Shown here in pieces: positions 52,640 through 64,000 of a stretch of 64,000 nt of DNA. Each line of letters begins with the position of its first letter. Within the stretch, counting starts at the first letter, position 1. This DNA is from an uncultured Actinomycetes bacterium (GTDB lineage Bacteria; Actinomycetota; Thermoleophilia; UBA2241). The stretch is taken from NCBI GenBank assembly GCA_963725665.1, contig CAVRZA010000003.1, positions 234,894 through 298,893 of the forward strand, given 5' to 3'. A program made the position numbers and the translations under genes. The notes under the pieces are model-generated. The model searched no databases and was not told the origin of the DNA. It saw only the letters and a list, made by a program, of their open reading frames with translations.

Positions 52640-55600
52640 TTACGGGCTCAGCGCGGGCACGACTTGGAGACCAGCTGATCCGGCCGCGACGTAGATGTAG
52701 TCGCGCATGGCGAACACTGCCTCAGCCTCACCGGGAACCTGTCTGTTGGCGACCTCGACTGGCGCAGCCGGGTTCGCGATGCTGATGATCCTCACGCCGG
52801 CTGCACCGTCCGCGACGTAGGCGTAGGCGCCCGACACGGTGACGTCGCGGGCGTCCCCGGGTGTGTCCGACCCTCCAAGACGTGCAGGACTCGAAGGCGT
52901 CCTGAGCGAGAAGACTTCCAACCCGGCGGTTCCCTCCGCGACATAGCCTTGGCTCCCAGCGACTGCGATGCCACGGGCAGGACCGCTCGTAGCGGCGGTG
53001 CCCGCTCGAGATGGACTGGCAGGATTCAGGGCGTTGACGACCTGCAGTCCGCCGGCGTCGTCGGCGACGAGGGCGTAGCTGTCAGCGGCCGCGACGTCGG
53101 CCGACGAACCTGCCGAAGCGATGCTTCCCACGAGCTTCGGGTTGGCCGGATCGCCGACGTCGATGATCTGAAGACCGGCTGAGCCGCAGGAGAGGTAAGC
53201 GTAGCGCCCGGCGTAGGCATCGGCGCCCGAGCTCTCGGCGACCAGCGTGTTCCACCACTCGTCGATCGGCGGACACCACACACCCTTGGCGGCCAGGTAG
53301 TCGGCGATGCCCTGAAACACTGGGTAGGTGGTCCCAGTGAAGTAGTGTCCGTAGAAGACCAGCGTGCTGCCGCTCGCCACCGCGCTGTCGATCTTGCTCT
53401 TCCACGCATCGACCGTCTGCGTTGAGTCATCAAAAGAGAAGGAACACAGCAGAAGGGGGTCATCCAACGGCAACGGTGTGTTCCTGTATCCTCCTCGTCG
53501 CGCCGAGAGCACGCCGGCCTGGAGCGGCTGCGGCAAACGCACTGTCACTGAAATGGTTGAAGGGATACGCGAGGTGACGAGCTCCACGCGTGAACCCTTG
53601 GGCGATGAGCCAGTCGTACCCGGCCTGGATCTTCGTTCTCGCGGTGGCTTGATCGACGGTCGAGAGGTCCGTGTGGTCGATGGTGTGATTTCCGATGGCC
53701 CATCCGGCGTTGTACATGGTCTGAAGGTGGGGAACCGTCAGGTAGGAAGTCCTTCCCACGAAGTTGGGCGTCAGGTACATGGTTCCTCTCTGTTGACGCG
53801 TCGAGAGATAGGGCAGGACCTGCGTGTACACCTCGTCGAAGCCGTCGTCGAACGTCCACATGAAGGCCGGCGCAAGTCCCGTCACTCCTCCGCGCAGCTC
53901 GTCGAACGAGATCGTCGCGACGCTGTCCGACGGGGCGGGCGCGTGCGATCGCATGCGCTGGATGGGTTTCTGCCAGCTCGGTGCCCCGACCGCCTGCCAG
54001 TCTGCGGAGTTGAGACGAAGTTGGTTCCAGCCTTCGTGAAGGTTGGGGACGATCTTGAAGTAGTTGCTGTTGTTGTTCGCGTTCGACAGCGAGATCGTCG
54101 CGTAGCGCGAGTAACTGCCCGGTTTCGCACCTGCGCTGTCAACGTAGATCCACAGCTGCAGGTTGTCCTTGTCACGCGACAAGTCCCAACCGAGATTGTC
54201 CTTGTGAGCCTGAGCGTTCCGCCTGCCGCAGCCGTCAGCCTGAGGGCGCTCGAACCGTGTTTCACGTTGCTGGTGTCAAGAGAGAGCGTGCCGCCGTCGG
54301 CGATCCAGCCACTGGTCGTCTCGAAGTCCTCATAGATCCGACCCAACGACATCGCCACATGCTCGGCAGCAGATGGTGTGGGAACGGTGCCGACGATGTG
54401 GGGTCTCGTCGGGTCGCCAACGTCGACCACCTGTAGCCCCGAGGCGCCGTCCGCCACGTAGGCGTAGCGACCCACCACCGAGACGTCTTTGGCAGTGCCG
54501 GGTGTGTCGCAGGTCGCTGCGAGTGTCGGGGAGGCAGGCTTGCTGATGTCGTAGACCTGCAGGCCGGCCGCTCCATCGGCGAGGTACGCGTACTTGCCCA
54601 CGGCCACGAGATCCCACGCGTGTTCTGTTGGACTCGGCGGGACTCCGATCTTGACCTGCACGCTCTTGGTCGCCTCGACGTTGCCGGCGTTGTCGGTGGA
54701 GCGGTAGTCGAGGGCGTGGATGCCGTCGCCGCTCACCGTCACGCTGGTGCCCGTCTGCCAGGCGCCGCCGTCGAGGCGGTACTCGGTCGACTTGACACCG
54801 GAGCGGTCGTCGCTGGCGCTGAAGCTGACCGCTACGGGGGCGTTGTGCCAGGCGCCGTCGGCGCCCGACTGGGTGGTCACCGGCGGCACGGTGTCGATCT
54901 TGACCTGCACGCTCTTGGTCGCCTCGACGTTGCCGGCGTTGTCGGTGGAGCGGTAGTCGAGGGCGTGGATGCCGTCGCCGCTCACCGTCACGCTGGTGCC
55001 CGTCTGCCAGGCGCCGCCGTCGAGGCGGTACTCGGTCGACTTGACACCGGAGCGGTCGTCGCTGGCGCTGAAGCTGACCGTCTACGGGGGCGTTGTGCCA
55101 GGCGTCGTCGGCGCCCGACTGGGTGGTCACCGGCGGCACGGTGTCGATCTTGACCTGCACGCTCTTGGTCGCCTCGACGTTGCCGGCGTTGTCGGTGGAG
55201 CGGTAGTCGAGGGCGTGGATGCCGTCGCCGCTCACCGTCACGCTGGTGCCCGTCTGCCAGGCGCCGCCGTCGAGGCGGTACTCGGTCGACTTGACACCGG
55301 AGCGGTCGTCGCTGGCGCTGAAGCTGACCGTACCGGGGCGTTGTGCCAGGCGTCGTCGGCGCCCGACTGGGTGGTCACCGGCGGCACGGTGTCGACGGTC
55401 GACGTGGATGTGGTGTTGAGCAGCACGCTGACGCTGTTGCTCCCGTAGTTGGGCACCACGAGATCGGGCTTGCCGTCACCGTTCAGGTCGCTGGCCGTGA
55501 CGTAGCGTGGCAGCACGCCCAAAGCCAGCTGGGATTGCGAAGCGAACGTGCCGTTGCCGACCCCGGTGAGTAGGGACAGGTTGCCGTCGTCGTAGTTGGA

Positions 55601-56560
55601 GGTGGCGAGGTCCTTGATGCCGTCCAGGTTGAGGTCGGCGACGGCGATCGCCCACGCCCAGCCGCCGATCGCCGAGGTTATCGTCGCGAGGAAACGACCG
55701 CTGCCGTTGCCGAGCAGGACGTTGGCGTAGTCCGGACTGTCGCTGGCCACCGCCAGGTCGGCATGGCCATCGCCGTTGAGGTCCGAGCACGTGACTCCCA
55801 GGGGGGAGGGTCCCACGAGAGTATCGAAGGGGCTCTTCAGGGCGCCGGTTCCGTCGCCGTAGAGCACCGTGACCGTCTGGTTCCAGAGGTGAGCGATAGC
55901 GATGTCCAGATGCCCGTCTTCGTTGAGGTCGCCCACGCCGATGTCGGTCGCGCCGTTCGCAGATGTGTAGGTCCTTGTGGCCTTTGTGAAGTTGCCCATT
56001 CCGTCGCCGAAGTAGGTGGCCACCCATGTCTGGCCGACGTGGCACACGACGAGGTCGAGGGCGCCGTCCTCGTTGAGATCGACGGCCTTGACGCAGATGG
56101 GCTGAGCGCCGGTGACGAGGGAGCGCAGGAACGTGAACGATCCCTTGCCGTCGCCGAGGAGGATCGAGACGGAGTTCGAGCCGCGGTTGGCGAGGGCAAC
56201 GTCCTTGTGGCCGTCCCGGTTCAGGTCGGCCACAGCCAGCCCATACGGGCTCGTGCCGCCGCCGCTGGCGAAGGTGACGGGTAGTCCGAAACCGCCCGTC
56301 CCGTCACCGAACAGTACCGAGAACGTGTTGTCGCTCGCGTTGGTGACGACGACATCGACGTTGCCGTCCTCGTTGACATCGGTGGCCACAACGTTGGTGG
56401 GTCCTCGCCCAACAGAGTAGTCGGTGCGACCGAAGGTGGGGCTGGGAGCTGCCAGTGCCCTGCCCGTATCGGCCAAGACGAGACATGCGAAGAGACCTAG
56501 CGCGAGCGCGAGACCGAGAGTTCCTCGCACCGCCAACTTGGGCGTAGCCGACAAGAGCAT
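52640..56560 (-). CDS. Secreted mosaic protein: FG-GAP repeats, 3 Ig-like repeats, LVIVD repeats, polysaccharide deacetylase (several frameshifts)
   Basis: Signal peptide; DLNxDGxxDL repeats; YAYVADG..GLQVVD repeats; TFDDG, NHTIDH and AYP NodB motifs. Confidence 0.82.
54647..55395 (-). repeat. 3 near-identical ~249-bp repeats
   Basis: DTVPPVTTQSGAD...NVEATKSVQVKI coded three times. Confidence 0.9.
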
Positions 56561-56986
56561 TTCGTACCCCCCAAGGACGCTCAGCACCGCCAGCACCGGC
56601 ATTATGGCACAGCGGGGCGAGGACACCACTCGGCTGGTTGCGTCAGCCGGCGCTAGCGCGGCGAGGCTTCTTGAGCATCGCCGAGGCCGAGGATCGTGCA
56701 GGCGGAGCCGCCCTCTGATGCGAGTCCTGGGCCCGGTGCGTCCACAGATCGGGGCATATCGTCGGCTGCTACCGACCGCAAAGTGTTGCCGAGACGGCCA
56801 ACACCGACAGGGATCCGGCGACGCGTGCTTCGCTGGAGCGGCGAGCTCGAAAGCCGAGTGATACTCTGGAGTACTGGCATCGGCTGCTGCGAAAGGCAAG
56901 AGTCGTCAAGGGGGGTGTGTGACGAGCGTTCCTCCTTCTTGCGTGGTCATTCTGGGGTTCACAGGATCGATTGGCCGTCAGGTTCG

Positions 56987-58181
56987 ATGAAGCTGCTCCA
57001 CGTCGTCGGTACGCGCCCCAACTTCATGAAGATCGCACCTGTCATGAGGGCCGTCGACCAATGGAATCTCGAGCACGGGGCTGATAGCGAGGCAAGGCCG
57101 GTTCGTTTCGAGCAGGTCCTCGTGCACACCGGCCAGCACTACGACGAGCGCATGAGCAAGGTGTTCTTCAGCGATCTGGCCCTTCCCGTGCCCGACTACT
57201 ACCTTGAAGTCGGCTCTGGCTCACACGCTCAGCAGACCGGGGCCATCATGCTGGCGTTCGAGCCGGTGCTGATTCGCGAATGCCCGGACATCGTCGTTGT
57301 CGTCGGAGACGTGAACTCCACGCTGGCTGCCGCGCTCGTCGCGGGGAAACTCCAGATTCCGATCGCCCACGTCGAGGCGGGGCTGCGAAGTCACGACCGA
57401 GCGATGCCGGAAGAGCTGAACCGCGTGCTCACGGACCACCTCTCGGAGGTTCTCTTTGCGACCTGCCGCGACGGCTGCGATAACCTCAACGCGGAGGGCA
57501 TTGCAGCGGAGCGAGTCCATCTTGTCGGCAACCCGATGATCGATACGCTCGACGCATGCCTTCAGCAGGCCCTGCGGTCACCGGTGCTGGCCGGCTTGAA
57601 TCTGCGCCCACAGGAGTATGCTCTAGTGACCCTGCACCGCCCATCCAACGTCGACGATCGCGATCAGCTCGCTCTGCTCATGGACGCACTCGCTCAAGGT
57701 CAGTCGCGAGACGACGGTCGTCTTCCCGGTACACATGAGGACCCGCGAGCGAATCCATAGGGCAGGGCTCGCCGACTGTGCGACCGAGCCCGGCCGCTTG
57801 CTGCTGATCGAACCGCTCGGGTACCTCGACTTCCTCGCTCTGATGGCACGCGCCGCCTGCGTGCTTACCGATTCGGGCGGCATTCAGGAAGAAACCACCG
57901 TTCTGGGGGTGCCGTGCATCACCTTGCGCACGACCACGGAGAGACCGGTAACGATCTACGAGGGTACGAACCGTCTCGTTGATCCGTCGAATGCGCGCTC
58001 CATCGTGGTCGCGGCCTTGGAGGCGCTCTCAGGTCCCAGGGTGCAGACTCCACGTCGGCCCCGTTATTGGGACGGTCGTGCGTCAGAGCGAATCGTGTCG
58101 ACTCTCGCGGCGTGGATGCCGACGGCCGGGACGAGGGGAGAACCTGCCGTCGGGCCGACTCTGAGCTCTGAGACCTCATGA
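56987..58181 (+). CDS. wecB: UDP-N-acetylglucosamine 2-epimerase (frameshift near 57695)
   Basis: GTRPNFMK, HTGQHYD, HVEAGLRS, TLHRPSN, TDSGGIQEE, TERP. Confidence 0.93.
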
Positions 58182-58996
58182 CTCACTGGTACTCCCGGCT
58201 CGAAATGTAGCTGCGCCGCTCGCTGCAGCGCCGACCGGCCACTCCTCGATGCCGGACTCATGAGCAGGTGGCAGAATCGTGGATGCCAAGCATGCGATGG
58301 TCGAGGCGTTGGGGCAGTCGGTGTCCTTGCTCTCATGGTCGCCGCTGTGACGAACGGCAGCAGCTGTGGCGGGGTGCCGCTCCCCAAGGCCGGCCCAGAA
58401 GGTTTCGCCGACCACCAACGTCCACGGGAAGCTGACCCCAAAGGAGTCAGCCTACTTGGGCGACATGGCTCGTGACGCTCGTAGGCTCCAGAACGACCTT
58501 CGGATTGTCAGCACTCTTCTCGGTGCATCGCGCGCCGGCGGTTCGCCGCCAACGGACGTACCGAGCAAGCTGACATCGGACTATCAAGAGTCGATGGCAG
58601 TTGGCACCTCGACGCGACGGCGTTAACGGAGTGACGCCACGCTGCGAGAATGGCGGAGACGAGTTGACTCGCGCCTCCTGCGCCGACGGCAGCCCTGACA
58701 GGCCGCTGCGCTGTCGCTTGGAATTGAGGCCGAGCGTCCAGCCCACCGGAGGGCGGATGCCCGCACATCGTGCGTCCGTACTGCTGCAACGTGGCACGCC
58801 CACGCGCGTGGCCAGCGCGGACGACTTCGCGTATCCTCAAGCCATGTCGAAGACACAAGCCTGTGCCATCGCCCGTCACTCAGCGAGACAGATTCACCTG
58901 AGGTCGGTCGCCATCGGCGGCATCGCGGTCGTTGTTGGCTCGTATCCTCGGACCAACGGCTCCGTGGCAGTGGACGTACGAGAACAGGAGTAGTCG

Positions 58997-60001
58997 ATGG
59001 GGCAAAACGAGTCACCTTCTGACAAAGTGGTCGTGACCGGTTGCGCCGGCTTCATCGGTTCACACCTTGTCGAACGCCTGCTTGGAATGGGCTACACGGT
59101 CGTGGGCATCGACTCCTTCGAGGACTACTACGCCCGGGAGCTCAAAGAGGCGAATCTCCGGGCCGCGCGCGAGAACAGACGCTTCGAGCTAGTCGAAGCC
59201 AATGTGCTCGACCTGGCAGGCCTGGGATTGTCACGGCAAGCGACAACCCTGGCGGAGCTTGTAGCCGACGTCGACTACGTGTTCCACCTGGCTGCGCAGG
59301 CCGGCGTGCGCGCTAGCTGGGGAGACAGCTTCAGGATCTACACCGAGAACAACGTTCTCGCGACGCAGACGCTGCTGGAGGCTTGCCGCTCGTCCAATCT
59401 GAAGAGGTTCGTCTACGCCTCGTCCTCATCGGTGTATGGCGACACCGACGTCCTGCCGATGCGCGAGGACGCGATCTGTCGTCCTGTGTCGCCGTACGGT
59501 GTCACCAAGCTTGCAGGAGAGCAGCTCGGCCTGCTCTACAACAAGAACTTCGATGTCCCCGTAGTTGCTCTGCGGTTCTTCACCGTCTATGGCCCTCGTC
59601 AACGACCCGACATGGCATTCAACCGGTTCATCCGCGCGATGCTCGAAGGGCGACCGATCTGCCTGTACGGCAACGGGAGCCAAACGCGTGATTTCACGTT
59701 CATCTCCGACATCCTCGACGGGCTCATCGCGTCGCTCGAGGCGCCGAGGGGGGCCGTCTACAATCTCGGTGGGGGTTCCCGTGTCTCGCTCATAGATGCG
59801 GTGAAGACGCTCGAAGAAGGCATGGGCGTGGGCGCCGTGATCGAGGCTGACTCGGTGCAGGCCGGAGACGTGACGCACACCTGGGCCGACCTCTCAGCTG
59901 CGGTGCGCGACCTTAGCTACGATCCGAGAGTCGGACTCGCCGAAGGACTGCGTCTCGAGGCCGACTGGCTTGAGTCGGCTATCGCCGCTGGGTTGGCCTA
60001 G
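58997..60001 (+). CDS. NAD-dependent nucleotide-sugar epimerase/dehydratase
   Basis: TGCAGFIG, HLAAQAGVR, ASSSSVYG, YGVTK, YGPRQRPDM. Confidence 0.93.
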   Translation: MGQNESPSDKVVVTGCAGFIGSHLVERLLGMGYTVVGIDSFEDYYARELKEANLRAARENRRFELVEANVLDLAGLGLSRQATTLAELVADVDYVFHLAAQAGVRASWGDSFRIYTENNVLATQTLLEACRSSNLKRFVYASSSSVYGDTDVLPMREDAICRPVSPYGVTKLAGEQLGLLYNKNFDVPVVALRFFTVYGPRQRPDMAFNRFIRAMLEGRPICLYGNGSQTRDFTFISDILDGLIASLEAPRGAVYNLGGGSRVSLIDAVKTLEEGMGVGAVIEADSVQAGDVTHTWADLSAAVRDLSYDPRVGLAEGLRLEADWLESAIAAGLA

Positions 60002-60092
60002 TCCAACCGGGGGCCTCCGAACGACATCGGAGGAGGCAACGCAGTCGCGGTCAGACGCGCCGCCTTTCGCACGCCAGCCGGCGTGCCCAGCA

Positions 60093-61827
60093 CTACGGCG
60101 TTGCGCGGAGACTCTGCGCGTCGTCGGTCAAGATGTGCGTCATTCTTGAGGCGATGTAGGCGCGGAATGCGAGTCTCTGAGGTGACAGGTCAGGCGGTCC
60201 CGCAATCCGCTTGGCCAACCGGACTACCTGCCGCGGGAGAAAGTGTTTGAGCTTCCGCCCGTGCGACCGCCGGGCGTGTGTCAGACGCGACGAGGCAGTC
60301 GGCAAGCCGATCCCACGCAGTCCGTTCTCGAGGAGGATGAGGTCATTCTCTCCGAACAGCAGCCGGGCCTGAGGAGATGCTAGTTCGCGCGCCATCTCCT
60401 CTACAGCTGCTGTCTGCGACAGGTATCGATCCGCGGGGTCCGGTGCTTCATCCGAGGCGAAAGGTATGTTCGGACCGAGCGCAACAACAAGTTCTCGCAA
60501 GGCCCTCTTGTCCGTTCGCATCGAGTCAGGCATGCGTCGAACCGCGTCTACGATGGTTCGCGATTGGAGCGGACAGGCAACCTCGATGTAGGCCGTCTTT
60601 ATCTGCGTGAGTGCGGCGAGCACCGTGGGCAAACGGAACTCGTGATACAGCCTATCCCTGTACTGTTCGATGCTTTCGGTCGACACGTCTGTCCAGCGCC
60701 TCCGGCCAGGGCTGTGTGGCGAACGCGAGCTGCCGCAACGGATGACCCGACGGGTAGTCCGCGACAGTGACTGCTCCTTCAGTTCTGCGGGCGTCAATTT
60801 CCGAATAGACCCTCCATAGACCAAAGGCCTGGTCGCCGCGCACGACTCCGGCGATTCCCATTTCGAAGAGGTCGCGCCACATCTCGAGTCCGTCGGTGTA
60901 GCCGCCGAGGTGATCGACGCGACCTTCGCCTGCGACGAGAAACCGTTCGAACGTCTCCGCGACTCCGACGGAGGCTTGACCAAGGGGCAGGAAGGTATCC
61001 TCCACGTGAAGCGCTTCGGCGACGGCTTGGGCGATGGCGACGTCACTTCCGGGTGTCTTCGCGGAGGCCTCGTCGCCCCAAGTGATGCACCTCGGCACGT
61101 GACCCTGGTCGAGAAGGAAGAGAAGCGCAGCCCTGCTGTCCCCGCCGCCCGAGAGCGGAAGGGGCCACTGCGATTCCGGCAGATCGACGTGCGAGAACGT
61201 CTGCCGGATCGCTTGCACGAGACGCTCGAGATGCTCTGCTTCGCTGCCGGGCTCGGGCGTGAAGACAACAGGTCGCCTCTCGACTCGCAGCGACCATCGC
61301 CTACGATCGAGCGTCACCCGGCAGTCGCCAGGAATGCGCATCAGCCGCCGGTCCCATGACGCTTCCGGTCCCAGGCAACCCGCAGATGCCATCCATGCGA
61401 CCGCTCGCCGATTGAGCTCGAAATCACCGAGAAGACTCACCAGCGCACGCTGGGACGTCGAGACGAGAAAGACCTCGTCGGTGTGCGCGTACCAGAGAGT
61501 CCGGCTTGCCACGGCGTCCGTGAGCACCTCGACCACGTTGTCGTCGTGTCGACACAGTGCGTACGAGCCATCGGGACTTGGGGCCCCGGTGAGGAACCAG
61601 TCGTCTCGATCGTCGTACAACGCGCCCAGGCAGACGGCTCCGTTGGCGACACGAACGCTTGTCATCGGGTTCACGACGGCAGCGACGACGCCGTTGGCCT
61701 CGACGAGCAGGGGTTCGTGCGGCGTGATGTTCGGAGGCGACAAGCGTCTCGCGCATCGTGCCAGTTTCTCGGCTGATTCCGGCAACAGGGTCGGATCGCG
61801 TACGCAGGCGAGTATCAGACCCGACAT
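60093..61827 (-). CDS. Asparagine-synthase-related protein (frameshift near 60690)
   Basis: PDGSYA..TDAVASRTLWY N-domain and LPLSGGGDSR PP-loop. Confidence 0.75.
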
Positions 61828-61830
61828 CGC

Positions 61831-63189
61831 TCAGGACTCGACTGGCGACACCTTGGAGATGGTGTATCGCAACTTGCCGGTGGGCGAGACATCGATCTCC
61901 CGAACGAACTCATGGACGATCTCAACGTCGTCCCCAAGCACGGCGCGCATCTCGAGATCGACCTTGCGCAGGTCCGCCTCGACCCGCTCTTGTGGCGGTA
62001 GCTCGCGAACGGGGACTATCAGGATCCGAAGCAGCTGCAGACTCTCCTGCACGACCTGAAAGCGATCCACCCAGTCCATTCCAAAGAAGGGCATCGTGAA
62101 GAAGGCTCCAAAGACGGTGCCCCCGCCGGGAAGCGCGAAGTTGTCACAGACACGCCCGGTCACCTCGCGCAAGAGCGGCCAGGACCGTCCACAGCTGCAC
62201 GGCTTCTCCGCCCAGGCGCCGAGGTCGCCGATGCGGTAACGGATCAGCGGCATCGCCCACATGGTCAGGCACGTGACCACGATCTCGCCGATCTCACCGG
62301 GGCTGGCGCGACGCCCATCGGCGCGCAGGATCTCCACGTAGTGCGTCGGCACAGCGACATGAAGCCCCTCATGGTGGTCGCATTCGCTGGCCATGGGGCC
62401 GGCTTCTCGCGATCCGTAGCGATCGTAGACCGGGGCGCGAAACACTCGCTCGATCGTGGCTCTCGCTGCCGGATGCAACGTATCCGCGGATGTCATGATG
62501 CCTACGGGTGAGTACACGCGCAGACCCTCGCGCTCTATGAACTTGGCCAGCTCGTGGATGCTTCCTGCGTAGGCGAGTATGCGCTTGGGTTCGTACCTGT
62601 TGATGACGTCGACGTACTCACGCATGGCGTCGGGCGTCATTGCGAAAGCATCCAGCCAGACCTGATTCCTGAGTCTCTGTCGCCAGCGCGCGCGCACCGA
62701 ACCGCCGTGTTCCTGCAGGTCACGCCGCGCGCCCCAGAGCCCGACCTGCTTCTCGCCCAGTCTCCGCCCCGACCATTCGTCGAAGAGGATGATCATGGCC
62801 CGCATCCAGTCGTCCCGGCTGTCGTGGATGATGCGTATGGGCTCACCCGTCGATCCGCCCGAGAGGCTGTAGCCCCACTTTCTCTTCGCGAGGTCGTCGG
62901 ACGAGAGCTCGTCGAAATGCGCTCGGAGCAGTGGCTTGTCGAGGAGGGGGATCCGCTCGAAGCGACTCAGGTCTATCCGGCCGCTGCTGCTCACGACCTC
63001 GGCCAGCTCAAGGACCCGGCGATAGTAAGGAACGTGGTCGTGGGCATGTCGAAGGAGTCGCGCCAGCAGGTCCCTCTGGAGGTCCTCCACGGCGTCCGGT
63101 GGCAGCCACTGCGCGCGCCTGACGGCGTCGAGCTTGGAGAGCCTTCCACCGAGCGCCAGGCGCGTCTTGTAGAAGACGGGACTAACCAT
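61831..63189 (-). CDS. Phenylacetate-CoA-ligase/CapK-like adenylate-forming enzyme
   Basis: HVPYYR, SGGSTGEP, YGSRE, MPLIRYRIGD, TGKLR. Confidence 0.9.
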   Translation of the reverse strand: MVSPVFYKTRLALGGRLSKLDAVRRAQWLPPDAVEDLQRDLLARLLRHAHDHVPYYRRVLELAEVVSSSGRIDLSRFERIPLLDKPLLRAHFDELSSDDLAKRKWGYSLSGGSTGEPIRIIHDSRDDWMRAMIILFDEWSGRRLGEKQVGLWGARRDLQEHGGSVRARWRQRLRNQVWLDAFAMTPDAMREYVDVINRYEPKRILAYAGSIHELAKFIEREGLRVYSPVGIMTSADTLHPAARATIERVFRAPVYDRYGSREAGPMASECDHHEGLHVAVPTHYVEILRADGRRASPGEIGEIVVTCLTMWAMPLIRYRIGDLGAWAEKPCSCGRSWPLLREVTGRVCDNFALPGGGTVFGAFFTMPFFGMDWVDRFQVVQESLQLLRILIVPVRELPPQERVEADLRKVDLEMRAVLGDDVEIVHEFVREIDVSPTGKLRYTISKVSPVES

Positions 63190-63221
63190 GCTTGTCCGCG
63201 GGTCGGGATCTCGCCGGCCTC

Positions 63222-64000
63222 TCAGAGGGGGTCTCGAGCTCCATCGAGCTCCTGCTCGAGGATGGTCAGCAGCGCCTCGCGATGGGATTCGCAGCGAAGG
63301 ATGTTGAGAAGCGCCGGGACCCCTCGTCGTGGCATGCGCCAGACCGGCCAGACCCCGAGCTTGGCGAGGCGTCGTTCGAAGCGGGACAGGCCGAGAAGCA
63401 TCGAGACGATACGAGACGCGCCGTGCAGCTGCGAACCGCTGCCACTCCTGATCGAGGGCTGCGTCTGACGCGACGATGCTCGAGAGGTGCTCCAGGTGAA
63501 CCGCGAAGGCGGACAGTGCGCGAGGATCCATGGGCTCGACGTCCGTCGTCGCCAGGGACTGAGTGTATGGGAACAGGTTCAGTGCAGCGACGCCTCCATG
63601 CCCCAGAACGAGCTGAACAAGGTAGCCCCGGTGCCAGTCGGGGTCTGGAGACGATGCGGGGAAAAGGAAGTTGCCGGTGCCGTAGATGATCGCAGCTCCA
63701 CCGTGGATCTCGAGGCCGCTGGGGACGTGCTGGTGTGCGACGACCACTGCAGCCGCCCCTGACTCCGCCGCCGTCCGGGCGAGATCGGCGAGGCCGGGTC
63801 GCGGCAGCGGGTAGAGCTCGTTGCCGCCGTGAACGAGGACGACGACGGCATCGGTGTCCGCGCGGAGTGTGGACACGTCGAGACCGAGGCGCCTTTCGCG
63901 CAGGGGTGCGGCGCCCCCGCATGATCGCCGGCGATGGAGTACTCGCTCTCCGCGATCGCGAGAATGCCGAGTCGCAGTCCACCGACCTCAGTCACGAGAG
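63222..64000 (-). CDS. CapA-family metallophosphoesterase-like protein, 5'-truncated, frameshifted
   Basis: VVLVHGGNE, HVP, IIYGTGNF, C-terminal RCESHRE. Confidence 0.8.

Noticed and set aside
58182-58996. Gene(s) between wecB and the epimerase
   Set aside because: Only short ORFs without recognisable motifs; possibly a frameshifted or decayed gene, not supportable.

Overview
High-GC bacterial chromosomal window. The synteny (smc-ftsY-ffh-rpsP-khpA-rimM-trmD ... rplS-lepB-rnhB-yraN-comM-dprA-xerC-whiG-rpsB-tsf-pyrH-frr-uppS-cdsA-dxr-rseP-ispG) suggests Actinomycetota, possibly Thermoleophilia; this is inference only. The main signal is a ~22 kb block between trmD and rplS encoding a pyrrolysine-dependent methylamine utilisation system. 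It holds mtmB and mtbB, each with an in-frame TAG at the known Pyl position, two cognate corrinoid proteins and a pterin-binding THF methyltransferase. It also holds two APC amine permeases with small membrane partners, an Amt channel with an altered ammonium-recruitment site, two cNMP-CBS-DUF294 proteins, an atypical kinase, two USPs and a possible selenoprotein. The two unrelated Pyl genes share the identical context GGG-TTG-TAG-G, while TAG is the commonest true stop of the flanking housekeeping genes, which suggests context-dependent recoding. I did not find pylTSBCD, ramA or mttB in the window. The right end holds two large repeat-rich surface proteins and the start of a polysaccharide locus. 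Many single-base frameshifts, even in core genes, indicate an error-prone assembly. All family assignments come from motif recognition, not database searches.
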